DNA of 58,450 nt from Alphaproteobacteria bacterium (GCA_016735395.1 JAERRO010000017.1:1-58450), one strand, 5' to 3'; shown: positions 8,054-17,285, numbered from the stretch's first letter. The notes: generated by a model not told the origin, from the sequence alone. Numbers and translations: made by a program.

Positions 8054-9346
8054 ATGTCTACCCCCATAGATAACATAGATAAAACTGATAATTTCATAGA
8101 AGCATTTAGGTGTATAGAAGATGGTGGTTCTAACCTACTTATCTTGGGTTCTGCTGGCAGTGGCAAGTCTACATTTATAGATTATCTCCGCAATAATACA
8201 ACTAGACAGATAGCTTGTGTTGCTCCTACGGCGATATCAGCGATAAACATTGAAGGTTCAACTATACATTCGTTTTTTGGCTTACCTCCAAAAGACTTTT
8301 TCCCTACTAGAGATCTAGTAATTTCGAGAAAGTTAAAGACTGTCCTACGAAATTTGGAAGTTTTAATTATAGACGAAATATCTATGGTCCGCCCGGATAT
8401 GTTAGATGCTATCAACAGTATGTGTCAAGAAAGCAGAGGGTCATTATCGCCGTTCGGAGGAATACAGTTAATTTTAATAGGCGATTTATATCAACTACCG
8501 CCAATAATTCGCAGAGATGTAGAGCCGTTATTTTTAAGAAAATACGGTTATTCATCTCCGTATTTTTTTGACTCTGAAAGTTATATTACAGGTAATTTCA
8601 GGAAGATATTTTTTGATAAAATCTACAGACAAAAGGACTTGACATTTGTAAAGAATCTTAACAGGATGCGAGATCTGAACGATTTAGAGGATGTCATAGG
8701 ATATTTCAATCAGAGGATAAGAGGATCGGAAGAGATTGATAAATTGAGGGAGCCAGTTCTAATGACTCCGTACAGAAGCATTGCAGAAGAGATTAACAAG
8801 AGGAAGTTATCGGAGATTCTAGAGATAGAAAGAACTTATAGCGGTAGTACGACGGGGACATTTATGAAGTTCAAGGATTTTCCCTCTCCCAAGGAGTTAG
8901 TACTAAAGAACGGTTGTCGTATAATGTTTAACAAAAACAATCGTCCGTTGTGGTCGAACGGGGATACAGGAACTATATTATCTATGTCGGACGATAGAAT
9001 AACGGTTGTCTTGAACTCAAGTCAAAAGTTAGTAGATGTCCACAAAGAAAAATGGCAACATATAAGATATACTTACAATATGGAAACTCAAAAAATAGTA
9101 GAAGAAATCACAGGAGAGTATGAGCAGTTTCCTTTACAATTGGGCTATGGCATAACCATACACAAATCACAGGGTAAAACTCTAGAGAACATCGTCATAG
9201 ATCTAGGCAGGGGGACATTCGCCCACGGTCAGTTATATGTAGCTTTTAGTAGAGCAAAGCATCTAGAAGATATATATCTAAAGAGAGCTATCAAGATTAC
9301 AGACATCATAGTCGACACAAGAATTATAGAATTTTATAAAAATTAA
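8054..9346 (+). CDS. PIF1/RecD-like SF1B DNA helicase
   Basis: 430 aa. Walker A LILGSAGSGKST, Walker B LIIDEISMV, LILIGDLYQLPPI, GYGITIHKSQGKTLENIVIDL and LYVAFSRAKHLEDIYL. AGGAG RBS at 8044..8048. TTGACA at 8009..8014 with TACTAT at 8031..8036. Confidence 0.8.
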   Translation: MSTPIDNIDKTDNFIEAFRCIEDGGSNLLILGSAGSGKSTFIDYLRNNTTRQIACVAPTAISAINIEGSTIHSFFGLPPKDFFPTRDLVISRKLKTVLRNLEVLIIDEISMVRPDMLDAINSMCQESRGSLSPFGGIQLILIGDLYQLPPIIRRDVEPLFLRKYGYSSPYFFDSESYITGNFRKIFFDKIYRQKDLTFVKNLNRMRDLNDLEDVIGYFNQRIRGSEEIDKLREPVLMTPYRSIAEEINKRKLSEILEIERTYSGSTTGTFMKFKDFPSPKELVLKNGCRIMFNKNNRPLWSNGDTGTILSMSDDRITVVLNSSQKLVDVHKEKWQHIRYTYNMETQKIVEEITGEYEQFPLQLGYGITIHKSQGKTLENIVIDLGRGTFAHGQLYVAFSRAKHLEDIYLKRAIKITDIIVDTRIIEFYKN

Positions 9347-9353
9347 AAAGTCC

Positions 9354-9382
9354 TTGAAATTATCGTAAAAATGTGGTATACT
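9354..9382 (+). promoter_or_regulatory. Sigma70-type promoter of the tail-fibre gene
   Basis: TTGAAA (9354..9359), 17-nt spacer, TATACT (9377..9382), followed by a ~130-nt leader. Confidence 0.5.
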
Positions 9383-9397
9383 GTAGTCATATTGAAA

Positions 9398-9411
9398 GTA
9401 GAATATTCTAC
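9398..9411. promoter_or_regulatory. Perfect 14-bp palindrome GTAGAATATTCTAC in the tail-fibre leader
   Basis: Read directly. It lies ~10-25 nt downstream of the predicted TSS. A related GTAGAA-N5-TTCTAC occurs in the capsid-gene leader (55819..55835). Confidence 0.4.
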
Positions 9412-9522
9412 AAAAAATCTAATTTTATAATCATCGAATATTATATAAGATCGCAGTCTATATGGCTAGTATCTAGTTAGAACAACTTTACAAAACATTT
9501 TATAAATATAAAGGACAAACTT

Positions 9523-10854
9523 ATGGTTTTAACCAAAGCATTACAGTTGCGACGAGGCACTGATGAATCGCATAACGGCTTTACGGGTCTAGAAGGCGAG
9601 ATAACAATGAACACAACTACAAACACGGCACATATACACGATGGCGAAACTGCTACTGGTCATAGTCTAGCGAGGGCAGACTTGGAGAACATATCTGATA
9701 CAGTTTTGACTAATAAGATATTCTCAACGACGACTAAAGAGCATTTTACCGCGGACTTTTTCACAACTAGAGGATTACTCAAAACAGATATGTCTAATAT
9801 AGATATTGATTCTGCGATAAACAATTTGCAAGTGGCTAGAGTCGATCTATCGAATGTTAGCTCCGAGGATATTACGGCATCTAATATAGCAAAAAAAGAT
9901 CTATCTAATATCAGCAACGAAGACTTTTCTAATATAGGTCTAGTAAAAAATGATTTATTATCAACTACAGATACTGCGGGTCTTATTAAACTAGCAACAG
10001 AAAACGACTTCCCCACAAGTAATAATACGGCTATAACCCCGTCCCTATTAAACGATCTTTATCCGACAAGTATAAAAAGTTTACCACTTAACTATATCCG
10101 CGGTTTAATTTCTAGTATTAACGAGGACGAGGAAATAATAATTACATCTGGTTATTCAAGAGATGACGGAGACAACATAAATATAAAGCTACCGTCGTCA
10201 ATAATGAAACTAGGCTTAAAAACATTTTCCATAGGACACGGAGGCGGAGTTTTATCTATTGATCCAGCGACTATAGAAGATAATACTACTATCCATCTAT
10301 TTATAGTATCCAATCAAGATTGCACTAAAATAGACATAATAGCCGACACATCATTAACTGGAGACAATATATCTACAAACCAAACTATTATAGATAATAA
10401 TCTATTATATAAACGAAGAATTTCCTCTTGCCTATTGATAACGGCTACAGAGTACTTAAAATATACAGGATCAGAACTATCGGGCGGAGGTATCGGATAT
10501 TTTCTATCTAAACCGAGTATAATACTATATTCTACAAATTATTCAGACATTGTTAATGGGCTAGATATGTATTGTTCTATCCCTGAAGGTATAACTACAA
10601 AGATATATATAGATATATACTATGTGACACCTTCAAATAATAATTATATAATACTATATAAAAATCATTACAACCAGCAAGAAGGAACCCTCTTGTATAA
10701 TTATTGTTCGAGTTCATCTAGCAACAGTAAATCTTTAGTTATAATATCTAACACACAAAAAATATTATATATAAGCACACATTATATCAACGGAAGTTCT
10801 CTATATTATCATTTTAATGTTTCAACGGCATATTTTGAAGATGCTAGAGTATAA
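9523..10854 (+). CDS. Phage tail-fibre-like protein (Mtd_N / hyaluronidase-type N-terminal domain)
   Basis: The N-terminus LQLRRGTDESHNGFTGLEGEITMNTTTNTAHIHDGETATGHSLARAD matches the Mtd-N/tail-fibre pattern (L.lRRGT......f.g..GE...dTdt....vhDG.t.GG..la). It also has repeated (D/T)(L/M)SN(I/V) units and TAGLIKLATENDF...AITPSLL. Confidence 0.7.
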   Translation: MVLTKALQLRRGTDESHNGFTGLEGEITMNTTTNTAHIHDGETATGHSLARADLENISDTVLTNKIFSTTTKEHFTADFFTTRGLLKTDMSNIDIDSAINNLQVARVDLSNVSSEDITASNIAKKDLSNISNEDFSNIGLVKNDLLSTTDTAGLIKLATENDFPTSNNTAITPSLLNDLYPTSIKSLPLNYIRGLISSINEDEEIIITSGYSRDDGDNINIKLPSSIMKLGLKTFSIGHGGGVLSIDPATIEDNTTIHLFIVSNQDCTKIDIIADTSLTGDNISTNQTIIDNNLLYKRRISSCLLITATEYLKYTGSELSGGGIGYFLSKPSIILYSTNYSDIVNGLDMYCSIPEGITTKIYIDIYYVTPSNNNYIILYKNHYNQQEGTLLYNYCSSSSSNSKSLVIISNTQKILYISTHYINGSSLYYHFNVSTAYFEDARV

Positions 10855-10877
10855 ACAAACAACAAAAAGGATTAAAA

Positions 10878-11177
10878 ATGTTCTACATAAATAGAAACTC
10901 AAAAAACAAAATAACAAGCATAACCTCTATACCATCGTACAAAGGACAAGAGCGATTGCGAGAAGACTGTAGCGAGGTCAAAGAATTTTTCAACCCGGTA
11001 AAAACCTGGCAAGAAAATCGGCAAGAGGCATATGGCGATACTGGACAGCAGTTAGACATTCTAATTAAAAACGGAGTCGAAGCTTTGAAAGAATTTAGAA
11101 TCGCCATCAAGACACGATTTCCAAAAGATGAAGAAGATATTAAAACTTCTATAGAGAATAGTCAGATAGAGAGCTAA
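10878..11177 (+). CDS. Small phage-associated protein (tail-fibre neighbour)
   Basis: 99 aa. WQENRQEAYGDTGQQLDILIKNGVEALKEFRIAIKTRFPK resembles the AY....dQLDal...G...w...i..iK..yPK motif seen in small phage proteins. This is recognised from memory only. Confidence 0.4.
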   Translation: MFYINRNSKNKITSITSIPSYKGQERLREDCSEVKEFFNPVKTWQENRQEAYGDTGQQLDILIKNGVEALKEFRIAIKTRFPKDEEDIKTSIENSQIES

Positions 11178-11200
11178 AAAAGACAACAGTATATAAAAAA

Positions 11201-11244
11201 AGGTGTATAATTTTATTATCAATAGACAATAGAATTATACACCT
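11201..11244. terminator. Bidirectional hairpin between convergent genes
   Basis: 12-bp perfect inverted repeat AGGTGTATAATT (11201..11212) / AATTATACACCT (11233..11244). Confidence 0.55.
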
Positions 11245-11261
11245 ACAATTTTATACAATAT

Positions 11262-12209
11262 TTATTGCCTTACCCCGTATATCATACCCGTATAGTCGTA
11301 ATTTTTATCAAATTCTATATCGACGAGTCCATCTTGCATAAAACACACAAAACCATTTTTATGCAGAATATCAAGAATAAAATTAGGATTCATAATAGTA
11401 TCAGAAGCATCCTTTATACCTTTTAATTTATGCCATTCTATCATTATACAATCTACTCGTTTTAATAGCTTGCTATTATTTAGATCTTTTAAAATTTTAT
11501 ACTCACTTCCTTCGGTATCTATTTTTAGCACGATTTTTTCTTTTTTATGGTTGTCTAAAATAGCCTTAATATCTTTACTAGCGACATTTAAAGATATTTT
11601 TTCTTTTTCAAAACTATCGTTAAAATTTTCATATCTATTAACAACAGTAGAATTACAACCAGGAGTATTTGAATTACAGTCAATCATAAGATCTTCTTTT
11701 TTATCTGATAGACCGTAGTTAAAAGATTTAATTAACTTTTTGGCCTTCGGGTTTAGATCTAGATTTTTCAACATTTTATCATAAGTTGATTTAAAAGGCT
11801 CAAAGCTATAAATTTTCTTAACATTAGGTAGAGTACTAAAAAAGATTGATGTTATTCCTATATTAGCTCCTATATCGATACACACCGTAGGCTTATCTGT
11901 TGTAAAAGAATAATTTTGTTTTCTAAAGACTTCTTTAATTATAAAATTTTCTTCGAGATTATTAGACTTTGTAAAATTTACACCTTTAGAAGAAATATAA
12001 TCATCTAGATTAAAAGCATTAAAGAGTAAACCGTTATCTTTACCAGGCAAAATCTTCCCTCTTCTTTTCATTCTTATAAAAATTCTTGTAGAATTTATTA
12101 GAAGAATTACAAAAGCAAGGTAGGCAAAATAAATAGAGTAGGACACTAAACTTATCGTAATTAGTAGTACAAGAATATATCTAATATATCTTCTTAAATT
12201 TTTATCCAT
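11262..12209 (-). CDS. FkbM-family methyltransferase with N-terminal membrane anchor
   Basis: 315 aa. CIDIGANIGITSIFFS, FEPFKSTYDKMLKNL and LKIDTEGSEYKIL are typical FkbM motifs. The N-terminal segment YILVLLITISLVSYSIYFAYLAFVILLI is hydrophobic. Confidence 0.7.
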   Translation of the reverse strand: MDKNLRRYIRYILVLLITISLVSYSIYFAYLAFVILLINSTRIFIRMKRRGKILPGKDNGLLFNAFNLDDYISSKGVNFTKSNNLEENFIIKEVFRKQNYSFTTDKPTVCIDIGANIGITSIFFSTLPNVKKIYSFEPFKSTYDKMLKNLDLNPKAKKLIKSFNYGLSDKKEDLMIDCNSNTPGCNSTVVNRYENFNDSFEKEKISLNVASKDIKAILDNHKKEKIVLKIDTEGSEYKILKDLNNSKLLKRVDCIMIEWHKLKGIKDASDTIMNPNFILDILHKNGFVCFMQDGLVDIEFDKNYDYTGMIYGVRQ

Positions 12210-12304
12210 CTTTTTTCCTTTTAGTTAATAAAATATACTATTATATAATAAATTTCAAAAAGCAAGCAAAATTTTATACAATGACTATTTAACTATATAT
12301 AACA

Positions 12305-14380
12305 CTAGAAAAGTAGAATATCTTTAATCTCATTTTCGTCTATAATCTTCACACCAAGTTTAGTAGCTTTTTTAAACTTCGCAGAATTTCCATCTCCGTC
12401 CCCTACGATTAAAAAGTCAGTTTTTGAAGATACTGTAGCTTGAACAATGACACCTAATTTCCGCAACCTCTCTTTTAAAACATCTCTTGAAAATTCTTTT
12501 AAAGTTCCGGTAATGACGACCCTCTTGTTAGACAATATCGTATCGGTTTTTAACAGACTTTTATTTTCGATCGTAGGAGATACTATAGAGAATAATTTTT
12601 CTAATTCCATCTTATTCTCGACAAAAAAATCTAGCCAAGATTTAGCAACTATCTCGCCGACACCATCAATTTCAAGAAGAGTTTCTGCCGTCACATCTTG
12701 TAATTTTTTCAACATTTCTAGAGGCTTAATATTACTAGAATCAAACAACTTTTGAACAATTCTAATCGCCATCTCCTCACCAACATTTGGCACACCTATA
12801 GCTGTTATAAACTTTTCTATTCTTGCAACTTTAGAAGAATTGATCGAAGATTCTAAAGCTAAAATTCTTTTATCCGCGAACCCATCTTCATTATGAATGT
12901 CTACTTTGAACCTATCTATAAAAGTAAAAATATCACTAAATGTAGCAATCCACCCCCTGTTATAAAATAGTCTAATATATGACTCGCCGAAACCGTCTAT
13001 ATCAAGCCCTCCACTACCAACAAAATAAACTAGTTGTTCCTTTTTAACACCCGAACAATTTTTATTAGAACAGAAAATAGCAGGACTTTTTTCTAGTATA
13101 TCGCTCTCGCACTCGGGACATTTTTTTGGCTTTTTTATTTTTATATTTTCACTTTTATGAGATAGAACTTTCATAATTTTAGGAATGACATCCCCTGCCC
13201 TTTTGACTTCTACTAGGTCTCCAATATGTAGATCCAACCGTTCGATTTCTTCAAAATTATATAGGCTAGCAGATGCCACAAACACACCCCCAATAGAAAC
13301 TGGACTCACTTTTGCAACAGGAGTTATTATTCCGCTTCTACCGACTTGAAACTCTACGGACTCTAGAATTGTGCTACCGCCAAAAGCAGGAAATTTCCAG
13401 GCTATAGCCCATCTAGGGTGGTGTGAAGTTTCGCCCGCAACATTTTGAAGTTCAAGACTATTTGCCTTAAAAACAACTCCATCTATGTCAAGCCCCAATA
13501 AAGCCCTAGACTTTTCCAAAGCTCCAAAATAATCTACAACCGCCCCTATATTATTAGCCCTATAAACTAATCTTTTTGTCTCATTATTTTGAAAATCTTC
13601 TATTACAGACAGCCCCCAAGACTTAATTTTATCTACAAAATCTTCTTGAGTTTTCCACATAGTTTCTGTTGCTTCACCACAGGAATAAAACACATAAGAT
13701 AGATTTCGTTCAGCGGTAATTTTAGAGTTTTTTTGTCGCAAACTTCCAGCCGTAGCATTTCTAGGATTGGCAAAAATTTTACCACCAACATCTTCTAATT
13801 TTTTATTTAAAGCTATAAAATTTTCTGTAGTAAAAAATATCTCACCACGAAGTTCTATAATTTTTGGCGAACCACCTTTTAGTTTTTTAGGAAACGGAAT
13901 TTTATTTTTACCAAAAACATTTACTATAGAACAAACATTATCAGTTATATTTTCACCTACAGATCCATCGCCCCGACTTAAAACATATTGCAAGATACCA
14001 TTTTTAAAAACGGCAGAAAATGACACTCCGTCTATTTTAGGTTCACACCACAAATCAAATTCATATTGTGTTTTAGAAAAAATTTCACACCAACCAGTCA
14101 TCTCCTCTACATCAAACACATTATCTAACGATGCCATCTTTTTTAGATGATCTACCTTTTGAAAATTACTACTAGATAGTGATGTCCCGACCAGATCTAT
14201 AAAAAGCGATTTCGGCGACAACTCCTTCAACCTACTTTTTGCTAAATCATAAACTCCGTCGTCAACACTCCTAGCAGAATCTTCCCCGTCTAAATAATAA
14301 CTTTTATTCCAAATGTCTATCCACTCTTCCAACTCAACAATTGTAGCAGTTTTAATTTTAGAAATTATTTTTTGACTCAT
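12305..14380 (-). CDS. ligA: NAD-dependent DNA ligase
   Basis: 691 aa. Adenylation motif CEPKIDGVS (KxDG), four-Cys Zn finger CPECESDILEK...CSNKNC, HhH region and a C-terminal BRCT domain (KRVVITGTL...SSKTDFLIVGD). Confidence 0.95.
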   Translation of the reverse strand: MSQKIISKIKTATIVELEEWIDIWNKSYYLDGEDSARSVDDGVYDLAKSRLKELSPKSLFIDLVGTSLSSSNFQKVDHLKKMASLDNVFDVEEMTGWCEIFSKTQYEFDLWCEPKIDGVSFSAVFKNGILQYVLSRGDGSVGENITDNVCSIVNVFGKNKIPFPKKLKGGSPKIIELRGEIFFTTENFIALNKKLEDVGGKIFANPRNATAGSLRQKNSKITAERNLSYVFYSCGEATETMWKTQEDFVDKIKSWGLSVIEDFQNNETKRLVYRANNIGAVVDYFGALEKSRALLGLDIDGVVFKANSLELQNVAGETSHHPRWAIAWKFPAFGGSTILESVEFQVGRSGIITPVAKVSPVSIGGVFVASASLYNFEEIERLDLHIGDLVEVKRAGDVIPKIMKVLSHKSENIKIKKPKKCPECESDILEKSPAIFCSNKNCSGVKKEQLVYFVGSGGLDIDGFGESYIRLFYNRGWIATFSDIFTFIDRFKVDIHNEDGFADKRILALESSINSSKVARIEKFITAIGVPNVGEEMAIRIVQKLFDSSNIKPLEMLKKLQDVTAETLLEIDGVGEIVAKSWLDFFVENKMELEKLFSIVSPTIENKSLLKTDTILSNKRVVITGTLKEFSRDVLKERLRKLGVIVQATVSSKTDFLIVGDGDGNSAKFKKATKLGVKIIDENEIKDILLF

Positions 14381-14467
14381 TTACCTCTCCTAGACATAAA
14401 TAATGTATAGCACAATCAAACTATATATATCAAACATTAATTATAAAAGAGAACGAAAATTTAACAC

Positions 14468-14495
14468 TTGACAAACAGAATTTTACTGTTATATT
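14468..14495 (+). promoter_or_regulatory. Promoter of paralog 1 (TTGACA-N16-TATATT)
   Basis: cttgacaaacagaattttactgttatatt. The same architecture occurs at 14954..14981 and 15433..15460. The shared leader is ataactaaaggatataaattATG. Confidence 0.6.
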
Positions 14496-14529
14496 GCATT
14501 TACTTAAACATAACTAAAGGATATAAATT

Positions 14530-14871
14530 ATGGCAAAGAAATCAACGATACAACCTAACATAAAGAATTTTAATACTAATATAAATTATCAAAGTCAAAA
14601 TCAGTTATTACAACTTCAACTGTTGCTCAATCTTACAAAGAGTTTAATAAAGGAAGTAAAAGTTTATAAAACTGATAGTATAGATATAGCGGATCAGAAA
14701 ATAGAGAAAGTAAATGACAAAAATAGTATATTCCATCTAAAAGAACATCTTACTCAATTGGTTAAAGTAGCAAATAAAATAGTTAAGTCAAAAGGTATCA
14801 CAAAAAAATATTCGAATGTCGGAGATCTTTTCACTATATGTGAAGACTATCTAGATCAACACAGCAGATAA
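14530..14871 (+). CDS. Small protein, paralog family member 1 (unknown function)
   Basis: 113 aa. Shares its N-terminus and the C-terminal VGDLFTICEDYLDQHSR with paralog 2. A GC-rich hairpin plus T-run lies downstream (agagggctcttaacagggcccttttttg). Confidence 0.6.
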   Translation: MAKKSTIQPNIKNFNTNINYQSQNQLLQLQLLLNLTKSLIKEVKVYKTDSIDIADQKIEKVNDKNSIFHLKEHLTQLVKVANKIVKSKGITKKYSNVGDLFTICEDYLDQHSR

Positions 14872-15015
14872 ATTTTATCGATAATTAGAGGGCTCTTAAC
14901 AGGGCCCTTTTTTGCTTGTCTTTATATTGTAAGATTTAAAAATATGTCAATGCTTGACAAACAGAATTTTACTGCTATATTACATTTACTTAAACATAAC
15001 TAAAGGATATAAATT

Positions 15016-15366
15016 ATGTCAAAAAATTCAACGATGCAACCGATCTTTAAAAACCTTAATCTGAAGGCTGGAGAGACATCACAAAATTCACTACTATCTT
15101 TTAGACTGTTAGTTAATTCTACGAAAACCTTAATGAAAGAGACAAAGATATATGGATCTGACTCTATAGAAGTAGCTCAAAATAAAATTGTAGAATCTGA
15201 CGATTCAAAAGTATTTACTACATATTCACATATCGATCTATTAGTTAAATTGGCTGATAGAATAACTTCGTTAACTGTTACTAAGAAAAAGAAGAAAAAG
15301 AAAATTTCAAAAGTCGGAGAGCTTTTCACTATATGTGAAGACTATCTAGATCGACACAGCAGATAA
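15016..15366 (+). CDS. Small protein, paralog family member 2
   Basis: 116 aa. C-terminal VGELFTICEDYLDRHSR. Contains a K7 tract encoded by aagaaaaagaagaaaaagaaa. Confidence 0.6.
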   Translation: MSKNSTMQPIFKNLNLKAGETSQNSLLSFRLLVNSTKTLMKETKIYGSDSIEVAQNKIVESDDSKVFTTYSHIDLLVKLADRITSLTVTKKKKKKKISKVGELFTICEDYLDRHSR

Positions 15367-15495
15367 ATTTTATCGATAATTAGAGGGCCCTTAACAGGGC
15401 CCTCATACCGTCGAATAAAGAAAGGTCATCACTTGACAAATAGGAAGACTCTGTTATATTGTGTCTACCAAAATTATAACTAAAGGATATAAATT

Positions 15496-15828
15496 ATGTC
15501 AAATATAGAAAGCAGAAAAAAAATAATTAGTAAAATTCTTGGTGTTAAAAACGAATCTACGAACGAACTTTTATTATTTAAAACATTACTTTCTAGTATA
15601 AAAGCATTAAATAAGAAACTAGAAATTGAAAGATCTAGTGATTTACGGACAGCTATAATGAAGATTTCAAAAGACGGTGGCGAATTTTCTTTTAGAAGAT
15701 TACAAGAGTTTTCATTATTAGTAAAACTTGCAAAGGCGGTATCTAAAACCCCGAATAAAAATAACTTTTCAACTGTCGAAGCCATTTATACTGTTTGCGA
15801 AGATTATTTGAATGAACGAGAAAGATAA
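15496..15828 (+). CDS. Small protein, paralog family member 3 (diverged)
   Basis: 110 aa. C-terminal VEAIYTVCEDYLNERER. Same promoter and RBS architecture as the other two. Confidence 0.55.
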   Translation: MSNIESRKKIISKILGVKNESTNELLLFKTLLSSIKALNKKLEIERSSDLRTAIMKISKDGGEFSFRRLQEFSLLVKLAKAVSKTPNKNNFSTVEAIYTVCEDYLNERER

Positions 15829-15869
15829 AAGACATCTTTATCGTCGACAATGACTGTTTGAATAATATA

Positions 15870-15898
15870 TAGAGAAAATTATGATAAAATTTTCTCTA
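15870..15898. terminator. Bidirectional hairpin between paralog 3 and fabI
   Basis: TAGAGAAAATT (15870..15880) / AATTTTCTCTA (15888..15898). Confidence 0.55.
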
Positions 15899-15915
15899 CT
15901 TTAATAAAATGACGA

Positions 15916-16746
15916 CTAATCCAAATCTTTAACTAGATCCGGCATAGACGGTTGTAGTTGTTTCATAACTTTAGCATGTGGAGTTCCCAGTATAGAATAA
16001 CCGCAGTCTACATGATGTATTTCACCTGTAACACCTGACGAAAGATCTGATAGTAGATATAGAGCAGATCCTGCTACATCGTCCATAGTCATATTTCTTC
16101 TTAAAGGAGAATTTACTTTAGCCCATGCGGACATAGTTCCGAAGTCTCCGACACCTGCAGAAGCCAAAGTCCTTATGGGACCGGCAGATATTGCATTAAC
16201 TCTTATATTTTGTTCACCCATATCGGCGGCTAAATATTTAGTAGAACAGTCTAAAGCAGATTTCGCGACACCCATCATGTTGTATCCGGGAGTTACGACC
16301 TCTCCGCCTATGTATGTTAGTGTTATTATGCTACCACCGTCTTTCATAAGAGGCATAGCCCGTCTAGAGAGATCTACTAACGAGTATGCTGACACATCCA
16401 TAGTATTTTTAAAATTTTCTCTAGATGTAATATCTACGAATCTTCCACGAAGCTCATCTTTATCTGAAAATGCGACTGCATGAATTAGAAAATCTAATTT
16501 GCCCCATTTTTCTTCAATTTTTGCGAATAAATTGTCTAATTGTTGATCATCTTGCACATTCATCTTCTCTATAATAGGAGAGTTCACTGATTCTGCTAGA
16601 GGTCTAACTCTTTTTTCCATAAAGTCTCTAGTATAGTTGAAAGCCAATTCTGCCCCGTGTTCGTGAGCTAATTTTGCTATTCCCCATGCCATAGATCTAT
16701 CGTTAGCTACTCCTACAACTAGTCCTTTTTTACCTTTTAACAACAT
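15916..16746 (-). CDS. fabI: Enoyl-ACP reductase (NADH), FabI type
   Basis: 276 aa. GVANDRSMAWGIAK, TLTYIGGEVVTPGYNMMGVAKSALD (Tyr/Lys active-site region) and NAISAGPIRTLA. Confidence 0.9.
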   Translation of the reverse strand: MLLKGKKGLVVGVANDRSMAWGIAKLAHEHGAELAFNYTRDFMEKRVRPLAESVNSPIIEKMNVQDDQQLDNLFAKIEEKWGKLDFLIHAVAFSDKDELRGRFVDITSRENFKNTMDVSAYSLVDLSRRAMPLMKDGGSIITLTYIGGEVVTPGYNMMGVAKSALDCSTKYLAADMGEQNIRVNAISAGPIRTLASAGVGDFGTMSAWAKVNSPLRRNMTMDDVAGSALYLLSDLSSGVTGEIHHVDCGYSILGTPHAKVMKQLQPSMPDLVKDLD

Positions 16747-16822
16747 TTGAGATCCTTTTATTAGTTATTTTATAAAATATGATACAAATTAGTAGTTTTA
16801 AAGTCAACCTAATAAAAGAGTC

Positions 16823-17101
16823 TTATACTGCTACATAATTTCTAACGATATGTTCTTTGTAGTCGACTTCTAGAACTAGCCATTTATTATTGGATCTTGT
16901 ATTCATAAAGTGAGATAAATTCCTAGGAAATCGTCGCAATTCTAGTGTAGAGTTATCTCCGCGGTATAAAGTTATAAATTTTTTATTCCACATCACCCTC
17001 GGTTTTATAGGATCAAGCTGTTGTGCCGGTATTATTAGGATAGGTAGCATAGGCAAGGCACGGATGACTATATTAAAAATAGGAACGATGGCTGGTTTCA
17101 T
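16823..17101 (-). CDS. Hypothetical protein
   Basis: 92-aa ORF in an otherwise gene-free interval. No motif recognised. Confidence 0.3.
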   Translation of the reverse strand: MKPAIVPIFNIVIRALPMLPILIIPAQQLDPIKPRVMWNKKFITLYRGDNSTLELRRFPRNLSHFMNTRSNNKWLVLEVDYKEHIVRNYVAV

Positions 17102-17285
17102 TATAGAAACTAGGACTTTTATAAACGGAAATCAATTATTATATAAAATAAATTAAAAAAAACACTATTGACTTTTTGAAAAGCCCTAGATTGTAGAACT
17201 TTCGATAATTCTCATAATTAGGTAATAGTTCTATCATGATGTATAATAATTATAATAATAAAATATATACATTAGGAGTATAAAG

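Larger units (their letters stand above)
14463..15400 (+). repeat. Tandem ~486-bp duplication (two promoter-gene-terminator units), with a third, more diverged unit at 15428..15828
   Basis: TTGACA at 14468, 14954 and 15433. ATG at 14530, 15016 and 15496. Promoter/leader and the last ~90 nt are near-identical between units 1 and 2, while the middle of the CDS is diverged. Confidence 0.85.
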
